A stretch of DNA of 60,094 bases, filler included. It is 10 parts of 10 records of this genome, joined end to end, with 100 filler letters (N's around TTAATTAATTAA, not from the genome) between each part and the next. Parts side by side here need not be neighbours in the genome. Positions count along the whole stretch, not along the records: positions 11,507 to 17,959 come from SRR31156797_218843; positions 18,060 to 23,514 come from SRR31156797_220435; 8 more parts are not named here. The stretch is one strand, 5' to 3'. Below, in pieces: positions 12,267 to 21,791 of this stretch. The translations under genes were made by a program, and so were the position numbers. The first letter of the stretch is position 1. Each line of letters begins with the position of its first letter. Under the pieces are notes generated by a model. It saw only the letters and a program-made list of their open reading frames with translations, did no database searches and had not been told where the DNA came from.

Positions 12267-12379
12267 TACCCAAAACCGTCGGAAATTGTTTGCCCCATGG
12301 CGTCGAACCGGGTACGAGTGACCCGGCGCCGTGCCGGAGCGGCACCAACCTTTCCGGCCCGCAAACAAACAACGAGGAT

Positions 12380-13591
12380 ATGCGCTTGCACATCCATCTC
12401 GACGCCGTCGGCGGTGTCGCCGGAGACATGTTTCTGTCCGCCATGCTGAATGCCAGGCCCGACCTGGAGGAAAGCGTGATGTCGGCCATTCGCGCCTGCG
12501 GGCTGCCCGACACCTGGACCGTCGAGTTGCGCGATCACAAGGCCTCGGGCCTGACCGGTGCGCACCTTCACGTCGACGGGCCGGCCGAGGGCGACCGCCG
12601 CCCGGCCCACACCTTCCGCGCCATCCGCGCGATGCTTTCCGAATCAGCGCTGGCGGAAGCGGTGGCGGCCCGGGCCATCGCCATCTTCTCGGTGCTGGCC
12701 GAAGCCGAAGGCGCCGTCCACGGCAAGGATCCCGAAGATGTGCATTTCCACGAAGTAGCCGATTGGGATTCGGTGGCCGATATCGTCGGCGCGGCCGCCG
12801 CCATCGAAGCGATCGGTGCGACAAGCTGGTCCGTTTCACCGCTGCCGATGGGATCGGGCCGCATCAAGTCGGCGCACGGAATTCTGCCGGTGCCGGCGCC
12901 GGCTACGGTCAAGCTTTTGTCCGGCTTCGAATTGATCGACGACGGTATTGCCGGCGAGCGTATCACCCCGACCGGGGCTGCCATCCTCAAGCATCTGGCG
13001 CCGCAAGGACCGGGTGTGCCGAAGGGGTTGGTCCTGACGGGCGAGGGAAGCGGCTTCGGGACCCGTGAATTGCCGGGAATTCCCAATATCCTCAGGATAC
13101 TGGTTTTCGAGCCAAAAAAGGACGACGACAAATCCCCGGCCGATTCCGGCGTGGTCGCGGTGATCGAGTTCGAGGTCGACGACCAGACACCCGAGGATTT
13201 GGCCACCGGCCTTGAAAAAATCCGCGCCGACGCCGACGTTTTGGATGTGGTGCAGGCGCCGGTTTTCGGGAAAAAGGGGAGAACCGCCGCCGCCGTCCGG
13301 ATCTTGTGCCGGCCGGAAGCCGTCAGCGCGGTTGCCGAGACCTGTTTCCTGGAAACGACGACCATCGGCCTGCGCTGGCAACTGATGCAACGCCTTGAGT
13401 TGCGCCGTCGCGCCGCGGATGCCGACGGCGTCCGCGTCAAGGTGATCGAACGGCCCGACGGATCGCTGAGCGCCAAGGCCGAGGCCGACGATCTTGCCGG
13501 CATCGACGGTGGCCGGGCGGCGCGCAAAAAAGTGGGCGCCAGAGCAGAAGACGCAAACCTGAACCAACCACGAGATACCGACGACAAATGA
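12380..13591 (+). CDS. larC: Nickel-pincer cofactor nickel insertase LarC
   Basis: GGVAGDMFL, VHFHEV, HGILPVPAPAT, TPTGAAI, ETTTIGLR; GAGG RBS before ATG 12380. Confidence 0.9.
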   Translation: MRLHIHLDAVGGVAGDMFLSAMLNARPDLEESVMSAIRACGLPDTWTVELRDHKASGLTGAHLHVDGPAEGDRRPAHTFRAIRAMLSESALAEAVAARAIAIFSVLAEAEGAVHGKDPEDVHFHEVADWDSVADIVGAAAAIEAIGATSWSVSPLPMGSGRIKSAHGILPVPAPATVKLLSGFELIDDGIAGERITPTGAAILKHLAPQGPGVPKGLVLTGEGSGFGTRELPGIPNILRILVFEPKKDDDKSPADSGVVAVIEFEVDDQTPEDLATGLEKIRADADVLDVVQAPVFGKKGRTAAAVRILCRPEAVSAVAETCFLETTTIGLRWQLMQRLELRRRAADADGVRVKVIERPDGSLSAKAEADDLAGIDGGRAARKKVGARAEDANLNQPRDTDDK

Positions 13592-14436
13592 ACCAGGCCG
13601 AAACATCTCCGATCCTTAAGCTCAATGCCGTCCTCGATGCCCTGGGGCCGGTTGCGGTCGCCGTCAGCGGCGGCGTCGACAGCCTGACCCTGGCTCAGGC
13701 GGCGCACCGGCATCTCGGCGGCGGCGCCGAAATGATCCATGCGACCTCGGCCGCCGTGCCGCCGGAAGCGACGGCGCGCACGCGGGCCATCGCCGAAACC
13801 AGCGGTTGGAAGCTGCGCATCATCGATGCCGGAGAATTCGCCGACGAGAACTATCTGGCCAATCCGGTCAACCGCTGCTTTTTCTGCAAATCGGCCCTCT
13901 ACGGCAGCCTGTCGCGGCTGACCGACCGGCAGGTGGTGTCGGGCGCCAATATCGACGATCTCGGCGACTATCGCCCGGGCATGGAAGCGGCCGGCAACAA
14001 CGGTGTCCGTCATCCCTTCATCGAAGCCGGCATCGACAAGGCCGGCATTCGCGCGGTGGCGCGCTTTTTGGGATTGGACGACGTTTCCGAATTGCCGGCT
14101 TCGCCCTGTCTGTCGAGCCGCATCGAAACCGGCATTGCCGTTACGCCGGAAAGCTTGGCCTTTATTCACGCGGTCGAAACCCGGGTCGGCGACTGGCTGT
14201 CGGCGAACGGCGGATTTTCGGGCGCCGTGCGCTGCCGGGTGCGGGCGACCGGTGCGACGGTGGAACTGGACAAGGCCAATCTGGCGATGGTTCTGTCAGA
14301 GGACGCCATGGCATTGCGTTGCGAAATCGATCAAATGGCTTCCGAAAACGGGTTCAAGGAAGGCGTTCCGTTCGAGCCCTACCGCATGGGCAGTGCTTTC
14401 CTGAAGGACAGGGACGAAATGGAAACCGGACAATGA
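13588..14436 (+). CDS. larE: ATP-dependent sulfur transferase LarE (PP-loop)
   Basis: SGGVDS PP-loop, NRCFFCK, DDLGDYRPG, PASPCLSSRI. Confidence 0.9.
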   Translation: MNQAETSPILKLNAVLDALGPVAVAVSGGVDSLTLAQAAHRHLGGGAEMIHATSAAVPPEATARTRAIAETSGWKLRIIDAGEFADENYLANPVNRCFFCKSALYGSLSRLTDRQVVSGANIDDLGDYRPGMEAAGNNGVRHPFIEAGIDKAGIRAVARFLGLDDVSELPASPCLSSRIETGIAVTPESLAFIHAVETRVGDWLSANGGFSGAVRCRVRATGATVELDKANLAMVLSEDAMALRCEIDQMASENGFKEGVPFEPYRMGSAFLKDRDEMETGQ

Positions 14437-15107
14437 CCGCCGAAGCCATCTGGGATGCGGAGCGCCCGGTTCGCATCGGATTGGCCGAAGCGATCATGTG
14501 CCTGGGCAAGACGGCCGGTCAAATCGCGTCGATCTGCGAGAAGGCCTTTGACGGCGACGCGCCGATTCTGCTGACCCGACTCGATGCCGATATCTTCGCG
14601 GCCCTGCCCGGTGCGCTTCGGGAGCGACTCGACTACGAGCCGACCTCGGGCACGGCGATCCTCGGCGATGTGCCGAAATCGGCCAATCCGGCGCGCATCG
14701 CGGTGGTCACCGCCGGCACCGCCGACCTCGGCGTCGCCCGCGAGGCCATGCGCACTCTGGCCGTCTACGGCGAGGATTACGCAGAAGTTTTCGACGTCGG
14801 CGTCGCCGGCCTGTGGCGCCTGATGGGCCGCCTCGACGACATCAAGAAATACCCCGTCGTCATTGCCGTCGCCGGCATGGATGGGGCGATCTTTTCGGTC
14901 ATCGGCGGATTGGTGCCCGGCGCCATCATCGCGGTCCCGACGTCGACCGGATACGGCGCGTCGAAGCAGGGCGAAACGGCGTTGAATTCGGCCCTGGCCA
15001 GTTGTGCCCCCGGCGTTCTGGTCACCAACATCGACAACGGATACGGCGCCGCCTGCGCCGCCCTGCGCATCCTCAGGGCCGTGTCGGACCGAGAACGACC
15101 GGAATAG
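14433..15107 (+). CDS. larB: NaAD carboxylase/hydrolase LarB
   Basis: AGTADLGVA, DVGVAGLWRL, AVPTSTGYG, NIDNGYGAA; ATGA overlap with larE. Confidence 0.92.
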   Translation: MTAEAIWDAERPVRIGLAEAIMCLGKTAGQIASICEKAFDGDAPILLTRLDADIFAALPGALRERLDYEPTSGTAILGDVPKSANPARIAVVTAGTADLGVAREAMRTLAVYGEDYAEVFDVGVAGLWRLMGRLDDIKKYPVVIAVAGMDGAIFSVIGGLVPGAIIAVPTSTGYGASKQGETALNSALASCAPGVLVTNIDNGYGAACAALRILRAVSDRERPE

Positions 15108-15275
15108 ACGAACCCCACGCTTGTTGCCGGCCGCTGTCGGTCCGTGCGAAAATTGTTTTCACCTTTTGCGGCGACCAGAAGTGCGGCGCCGCGGTGGCGA
15201 GACATGGAGAAAAACCGATGAAGAGCAGAAACGAAGCCATCTTCACCCGCTTCCATTCCTGCGGATTGGTTCGTC

Positions 15276-16871
15276 ATGTCCATCATCTCGTTTCACAACG
15301 TTTCTTATGTGTTGCCTGACGGCAATCCTCTTCTCGAGACTCTCGACCTGACCTTCGGCCGCGAACGGGTTGCGGTCGTCGGCCCCAACGGTATCGGCAA
15401 AACCACCTTGCTGAAGCTTGCCTGCGGCGAACTGCAACCGTCTGCGGGATCGGTCGAGCGTCAAGGCATGGTTCGTGTTTTCCGCCAGATCCTGCAAACC
15501 GACGCTACGGATACGGTGGCGGATGCGTTTGGTATTGGGGGCAAGATCACCCGGCTCATGCAGGCGTCCAAAGGGAAGGCGCATGCCGAGGAGGTCTCGC
15601 AAGTCGATTGGACACTTGAAGCGCGGCTCGGCGCGTCGCTTCGCAGCGTCGGCCTCGAAAACGTCGCGACTGACCGTCCGTTGTCCACGCTGAGCGGCGG
15701 ACAGCATGCCCGCGTCGCCCTTGCCGCCCTCGTCTTCGACGAACCGGACATGATTCTGCTCGATGAACCGACCAACAATCTGGACCGGCAGGGGAAACGG
15801 CAGATCTATGATGTTCTAGCAAATTGGCGCGGCGGCGCAATCGTGGTCAGCCACGACCGGGCGCTCTTGAGATGTGTGGACCGGATCGTCGAACTTTCGA
15901 GCCTGGGAGTGCGGGTTTACGGTGGGAACTGGGATTCCTACTCAGCGCGAAAAGAGAAGGAACAAGAAACGGCCGAACGTCAACTTGCGTCCGCCGAGCA
16001 TCGGCTGAAGCTCGTCCGTCGCAAGGTCGAGATCGCGCGGGAACGGAAGGCAAAACGGGACGCGATGGGTCGGCGGGAACGGCCCAAAAGCTCGCAGACG
16101 AAAATGGTGCTCGACGCCCGGAAGCAACGGGCCGAAAACACGGCCGGGAACGAAAGCCGTCTTGCGACCCGGCGGTTGGATCAAGCCGCGCAGGGGCTGG
16201 AAAAATCCCAGGCCGCTGTCGAACGGGTGAAGAAGCCCTGTGTCCGGCTTTCCTCCGTATGCCTTCCCGCGGGCAGGACCGCGCTTGTCTTTGACCGCGT
16301 TACCGGGGGATATGACGTCAGGCATCCTGTGGTGCGAAACCTGTCCTTTTCGATCACTGGCCCGGAGCGCATAGCCATCGCGGGCCCGAACGGATCGGGC
16401 AAGACAACGGCATTAAAGCTTGCGCTCGGCAAGATCGATCCGTTCTCCGGCGAAATTCATCGCCCCGTACCGGCCGCCATGCTGGAGCAGCAATTGTCGA
16501 TGCTTAATTGCCAAGCAAGCGTTCTGGACAATTTCCGACGCTTCAACCCGGCCGACAACGACAATGCCTGTCATGCCGCGCTCGCTCGTTTTCTTTTCCG
16601 TGCGGATACGGCGTTTCGCCGTCTCGACAGCCTTAGCGGCGGTGAAACGCTGCGGGCGGGGCTCGCATGCGTCCTGGGGGGGAGCGAGCCGCCGCAGCTC
16701 CTTATGCTCGATGAGCCGACAAACCACCTCGATCTGGTGTCGATCGCGTCGCTGGAATCGGGACTCAACGGTTATGACGGCGCCCTGCTCGTCATCAGCC
16801 ACGACGATGATTTTCTCGAAGCGATCGGAATCGAACGCGTGATCACTCTTGAGGCGGGGAGAACCAACTAA
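15276..16871 (+). CDS. ABC-F family ATPase (ribosome-associated; two NBDs, no TM)
   Basis: GPNGIGKT...LSGGQ...DEPTNNLD; GPNGSGKT...LSGGE...DEPTNHLD; charged interdomain linker. Confidence 0.9.
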   Translation: MSIISFHNVSYVLPDGNPLLETLDLTFGRERVAVVGPNGIGKTTLLKLACGELQPSAGSVERQGMVRVFRQILQTDATDTVADAFGIGGKITRLMQASKGKAHAEEVSQVDWTLEARLGASLRSVGLENVATDRPLSTLSGGQHARVALAALVFDEPDMILLDEPTNNLDRQGKRQIYDVLANWRGGAIVVSHDRALLRCVDRIVELSSLGVRVYGGNWDSYSARKEKEQETAERQLASAEHRLKLVRRKVEIARERKAKRDAMGRRERPKSSQTKMVLDARKQRAENTAGNESRLATRRLDQAAQGLEKSQAAVERVKKPCVRLSSVCLPAGRTALVFDRVTGGYDVRHPVVRNLSFSITGPERIAIAGPNGSGKTTALKLALGKIDPFSGEIHRPVPAAMLEQQLSMLNCQASVLDNFRRFNPADNDNACHAALARFLFRADTAFRRLDSLSGGETLRAGLACVLGGSEPPQLLMLDEPTNHLDLVSIASLESGLNGYDGALLVISHDDDFLEAIGIERVITLEAGRTN

Positions 16872-16897
16872 GACCCGGGACAGCAGACCCGACGAGA

Positions 16898-17959
16898 TTA
16901 TTCCGCCGCCGCGGCTTTGGGGCTGTAGAGCGGCACCACGTAGGGACCTTCCGGTACGACGGCGATGCGCCGATCGCCGGTTTTTTCAACGCTGCGGCGA
17001 ATCGCTTCCTCGACCGAAGAAATCATCTCAACGCCGGTCAGCGCACGCTCCTCGGCGCTGAGCGCTTCGGTATAGAGCTGGATCGAGCCGACCCGCATGG
17101 CCTTGATCTGATATTCGGTCTGCCATTCGTCGATGGCGGCATGGCGTTTGTCGAGGATGCTGTCGATGAAGCCGTCGGTGCCTTTTTCGATAAGGATGCG
17201 CTGGGCCTCCAGATATTCGGGCGAGCCGAACCCTTCCGAGATTTCGGACACGACGATCAGATCGCCGCCCGGTTCCAGGATGTCGACCGGCGACACCATA
17301 CCCTTGACGGTCTGGTAGTAGGTTTTGTCGAGCGGGTATCCGGCGCTGCTGCTGAGGATCGTTTTGAACCGTTCGGGCACCGACACGACGGCATATTTCA
17401 TCATGAAGTCGACGGCGGCGAGGTGGCTTTGCTTGATCTCGCCGAAATTGACGAAGGACATGTTGCGGAATTCGTCGATCACCGTATTGACCGCATAGGC
17501 GCCGCCGAGCAGGTCGACGACCGCCAACTGCTCTTCGTGCAGCGGATTGCCCTCAAGCACCAGATTGGCGGCGCATTCGTGTTCCATGAACTTGGCGGTA
17601 TGCAGGGTCGTGATGGTTTCGGCGTGCGCAACGCCCGGCGTGATGACCTTGCGGCCGCCTGAAAAGCCGGCCATGAAATGCGGTTCGACCAAGCCGGTGG
17701 CGATGCGCAGGTCGGCGTTGACAAATCTTTTATCGATGCGCACGACGGTGCCGCGGTTTGTCGTGCCGAGATGCACGTGGTCGTCGTCGTTGCGGGCGAA
17801 ATGGTTTTCGACCCGAACCGTGTCCATGACCCAGGAATTGCCGACAACCTCGGCCAGTTCGTCGCCCTCGTTCGGCCGGTGCAGACCGGTGGCGACAAGG
17901 ACGCGGATGTTTTCCGCCTTCATGCCGGCGTCGAGCAGGGTGCGGATCATCGGCGGCAG
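16898..17959 (-). CDS. larA: Nickel-pincer-dependent lactate racemase-family protein (LarA homolog, 5'-truncated)
   Basis: ATGLHR, ENH, EPHFMAGFSGGRK (cofactor-binding Lys), YQTVKG. Confidence 0.88.
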   Translation of the reverse strand: MPPMIRTLLDAGMKAENIRVLVATGLHRPNEGDELAEVVGNSWVMDTVRVENHFARNDDDHVHLGTTNRGTVVRIDKRFVNADLRIATGLVEPHFMAGFSGGRKVITPGVAHAETITTLHTAKFMEHECAANLVLEGNPLHEEQLAVVDLLGGAYAVNTVIDEFRNMSFVNFGEIKQSHLAAVDFMMKYAVVSVPERFKTILSSSAGYPLDKTYYQTVKGMVSPVDILEPGGDLIVVSEISEGFGSPEYLEAQRILIEKGTDGFIDSILDKRHAAIDEWQTEYQIKAMRVGSIQLYTEALSAEERALTGVEMISSVEEAIRRSVEKTGDRRIAVVPEGPYVVPLYSPKAAAAE

Positions 17960-18059
17960 NNNNNNNNNNNNNNNNNNNNNNNNNNNNNNNNNNNNNNNNN
18001 NNNTTAATTAATTAANNNNNNNNNNNNNNNNNNNNNNNNNNNNNNNNNNNNNNNNNNNN

Positions 18060-19748
18060 GCGGCCACCTCCTCCGCCGCAGCAGAATGCATGTTCCTTGC
18101 TGCGCTCCAGTTCTTCGAGTCGGACGCCTGGCACTTGACAACATACCTGCCGCAGGGGCTCGTAAATACCGTTGTAGCGACCCAAGTAGCAGGGGTCATG
18201 AATGACCAGCGACTTGGCAAAAGGGTACTTCAGTGCTACCCGGCCGTCTTGGATCAACTGCTCTATCATTTTAACGGCAGGGACAACCTCCACATCACAA
18301 CCCAAAGCTGAATACTCCCGGCCAAGGGTGTTGAAGCAGTGGGGGCAGAGTGTAACAATTTTTTTTATGTGGTGCTGTTCAAAAAGTGCGATATTGTGTC
18401 TAGCCAGCTTCTGAAACAGGGCCTCGTCGCCTAGTTTGCGGGCCGGATCGCCACAGCAGAACTCCTCCTGGGCCAATATGGCAAAGTCAATATTGCCGGC
18501 GCGAAGCAGTCTCACCAGATCCCTGGTAGTCTGCTGATAATCCGGATGAAAGGCACCACTGCAGCCGACCCACAGCAGGACCTCGGGGACCGTGGGGGAT
18601 GAAGCTACATGGGGAACGTGGCGATTCATTGCCCAATCAGCCTTGTGGGACGGTCCCTTGCCGTTCACATCCCCATACAGTTCCAGGTTACGGATTACGG
18701 GACGAGCCTCCTCCGAAAGATCGCCCGATCGAAGCACGCGACCGCGCCGCAGTTCGATGATTTTGTCCAGCGGACGGATATACGCCGGGCAGTGGGCCAC
18801 GCAGGCCATGCAAGTAGTGCAGGCCCAGATCTCATCATCGCTAAACGTATCCATGGGAGGAACCGTACCGGCCTGTGGGCAGGCCTCCATCTGATCGACG
18901 ATTTTGCCCATAATCGTTCGTGGTGACAAGGGTTTACCGGAAATCAGCGCTGGGCACTGCTCGTCACAGCGGCCACAGCTGACACAGGCGTCAGCCGCAC
19001 GGAGTTGCTGTTCGGACAGGTCCATTACCGTTGCGGCGCCCAGTGGTCCCTGGTCCAGATTGATGAGAGCCGGAAATGAAGTTGGGCCTTTGCTGTTGTA
19101 TAGGAGATGCACCGCGGTGGATGCCAGATGGCGCATGAAGGTGAATGGCACCGCAGCAACAAAAAGGATGACAGAAACTAAATGAACACGGAGCATCAGC
19201 TGCATAAAGCCGATCGATTCGGGCATAAACGCTGAGAAAAGCGTTCCCACCGGTGCCGCCCAGACAGATTGATCGGGTACCAGGCAGAGTCTCGTGCCTT
19301 CGGCCAGAAAACCGCTGAATAAAGTGACGAGCAACAAAACCAGCGGCAGTACGGTCCTTCTGGGCGGCCGCAAATCTTTCTTCGACCAACTGCGAGCAAG
19401 CCGGCGGATCAGTAAAAACAGAGCGCCAACGATCATCGACAGGCCGGCCATATCCAACAGCAAAGAGATGGTGTGGGCAGCCGAAACTGGGACGCGTAAC
19501 GGTGTCTGGGCCAGGATCACGATCAGAAAGAAAAGAGTAAATCCCCATACCAGGCAAAGGTGCGCAACGCCCACCAGGGGCCTCGCAAGCAATCGTTTCT
19601 GCAGATACACCATGGCGAGCAATGCGGACCAGTCGGCCCTTTGTCCGGTCGTGCGGTTGCCGGCCGGCAACCGCCAGCGTCTGGACAGCCCCGTGGCCAT
19701 GACAACCACAGCCAAAATGACCAACAGCAATTCCAAAGCGTTGAACAA
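18060..19748 (-). CDS. Membrane-anchored Fe-S/CCG oxidoreductase (HdrD/FadF/EMO-like; 3'-truncated)
   Basis: N-terminal TM helices with His; CVSCGRCDEQCP and CTTCMACVAHCP; CCG domains (CCGDPA, CPHC, HDPCYLGR, CCGGGGG); GGAGAG RBS before TTG 19748. Confidence 0.87.
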
Positions 19749-19758
19749 AATTCTCTCC

Positions 19759-20547
19759 TCAGCGTCGTTGGGTGCCGGAAAATTTCCGGATAAAAAAGAC
19801 CATGCCGCCAGCCAAGAGCAGACTGAGGACAATCTGGTAAACGATGGCCATGGCGAATACGCCGGTCTGTCGCCCCGCATCGGCCTCGGAATGCATGACG
19901 CCCAGCATGGGGTTCCGATTCTCGGCATTCAGGTGGCAGCGATGGCAGGTCTCCTCGCTGATCAATTCTTCTTCACCGTGGACCGCCCTACCCTGGTGGC
20001 ATCCAACGCAATTTCTCGCTTCGTAATTGCCGGAAAGATCAGCCTTGGGATGGGTGGCAATTTTAACGGACGGTAGCCACGACAGGTAATCGACTCGGCC
20101 GCTTTGGGCAGGATGACACCGGGCGCATGTCTCTTCCATTTGATCCGGATGAATGGAAGACTGTACATCGGCTTTACCCAGGATATGGTGGCGGGTGTGG
20201 CAGTGGAAGCAATCCGGGCGATTGTCGCCTGCACCGCCAAGGCCATGTCGATTTTGTTGATCGTGACACACTGTGCAGTTTACGGCGCCAGATCCCGCCA
20301 GCCCGGAATGGCTTTCATCTTCCACCTGGCTGTGGCAGTCCGTGCAATCAGCATTGTCGGCATGTACCGATCGGGTAAAAGCCTGAACATCTATGCGAAG
20401 TCGGCTCTGGGTACTCCGCAGACCGTGGCAGTCAATACACGCATCGGCCTCGTAGGCCAATCCCGAATCAGGCCGGTAAATATTCAGCCCGATTAACAAT
20501 AGCAGCAAACAGATTCGAAATTTCATCGTTCCCATTTCATCCGTCAC
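19759..20547 (-). CDS. Multiheme cytochrome c (7 CxxCH) with signal peptide and C-terminal TM anchor
   Basis: CIDCH, CTDCH, CTVCH, CFHCH, CARCH, CVGCH, CHRCH; alternative start at 20526 (MKFR). Confidence 0.9.
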   Translation of the reverse strand: MTDEMGTMKFRICLLLLLIGLNIYRPDSGLAYEADACIDCHGLRSTQSRLRIDVQAFTRSVHADNADCTDCHSQVEDESHSGLAGSGAVNCTVCHDQQNRHGLGGAGDNRPDCFHCHTRHHILGKADVQSSIHPDQMEETCARCHPAQSGRVDYLSWLPSVKIATHPKADLSGNYEARNCVGCHQGRAVHGEEELISEETCHRCHLNAENRNPMLGVMHSEADAGRQTGVFAMAIVYQIVLSLLLAGGMVFFIRKFSGTQRR

Positions 20548-21541
20548 TTTTCTCGGTCATTTCTTCCAGGCGTTCGACCAGAAGGGGCAGCACCCGATGA
20601 AGGTCTCCCACGATTCCCAGATCGGCAAACCGGAAAATCCTCGCCCGGGGATCGCTGTTTATGGCGATGACCAGCTGGGACTTCTCGATGCCGGCCGTGT
20701 ATTCATTGGCACCTGATATACCGCAGTTGACAATCAGGCGGGGGTTAACGGATTTTCCGGTCTGGCCGATCTGCCGTTCAAAGGGCAGGGTCTGCCAGTC
20801 GATGACTGGCCGGGTGCCGGCCACCGATCCCCCCATAGCCGCTGCCAGTCGATGAATGATCTCAAAGGCCTCGTCTCTGCCCACCCCACGGCCGCCGGCG
20901 ACCACAATGTCGGCCTCCTCGATATCCAGTGTTTCCGGGTCAGCAGCGATAATTTCCACGGTTTGCATACCTCGTGTACCGGGATCCAGGTCTGGTGTAA
21001 CAACCTGGATGTCGACCTCAGACTGCCGGACCGGCCTGACATCACCCAGCGCCCCGGGCAGAAAGGTCAGCAGTGTGGGCCTGGACCCGTTTGCCTCGAG
21101 GGTTTCAAACAGGTACCCGTTGGCAACGGGCCGCACCGCCTGGATGCAACCCTGATCGTTCGTATGGGCATCCACGACCCGGGTGATAACGGCCGAGGCG
21201 AGCAGGGCACCCAGTCGCCCTGCCAGATCAGCGGCCTGGTCGTTGTGGGCCAGCAAGAAGGCGGCGGGACGCTGGCGACGAATCATATCCCGTAAGGCCT
21301 GTGCAAACAGATCGCCGTCGTAGGATGATAGATGAGGCGACGTAATATGTACCACCTTGTCGGCACCGTACTCTCCCAGCGAGCGCAAAAGATCCTGCGC
21401 GTCCTGCCCAACAGCCGCCACCGTCACCGTTCCGCCACCGGCTTCGCGGGCCAGACGCTGCGCCTCGGCGATTAGGCTCAGATCCGCCTCGTCAAGGGTA
21501 TCGCCGGTTATGTGAAGCCATGTCCAGAAGTCAAAGTTCAT
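20537..21541 (-). CDS. etfA: Electron transfer flavoprotein alpha subunit
   Basis: VVAGGRG, QIGQTGK, GISGA, AINSDPRARIF..AD.GIVGD. Confidence 0.92.
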   Translation of the reverse strand: MNFDFWTWLHITGDTLDEADLSLIAEAQRLAREAGGGTVTVAAVGQDAQDLLRSLGEYGADKVVHITSPHLSSYDGDLFAQALRDMIRRQRPAAFLLAHNDQAADLAGRLGALLASAVITRVVDAHTNDQGCIQAVRPVANGYLFETLEANGSRPTLLTFLPGALGDVRPVRQSEVDIQVVTPDLDPGTRGMQTVEIIAADPETLDIEEADIVVAGGRGVGRDEAFEIIHRLAAAMGGSVAGTRPVIDWQTLPFERQIGQTGKSVNPRLIVNCGISGANEYTAGIEKSQLVIAINSDPRARIFRFADLGIVGDLHRVLPLLVERLEEMTEKSDG

Positions 21542-21589
21542 GTGTTGTCCTGTTCCATTTCCTATGTAGGCGTATCCTATCTTTTTTTG

Positions 21590-21791
21590 GACGGCTTCGT
21601 AAAAAGCGGTTTCTGGCAGTGCATGGACAAATATCCACGCAAAAGAAACTCGTTTCTTTTGGCCAGTGAGTTCCGTGGAAGCCCGAAATCAAGGCTTGCG
21701 AATCCCTAAGGAATGAAGCTGTATGTGTGATACGCTGTAGTGACGGAAGATTCGCGTATGGTTGATATCGTGTTTATTACGAAAACCGTCA
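21590..21791. repeat. Degenerate MITE-like dispersed repeat with imperfect terminal inverted repeats
   Basis: GACGGCTTCGTAAAAAG ... TTATTACGAAAACCGTC ends; internal CAAGGC..GAATCC..AGGAATGA..TACGC.GTAGTGACG resembles an intergenic repeat I recall from Desulfobacterota. Confidence 0.55.

Noticed and set aside
6129-17959. Apparent nickel ABC transporter next to the Ni-dependent lar genes
   Set aside because: They lie on different contigs separated by a linker, with different codon style; the adjacency is an artefact
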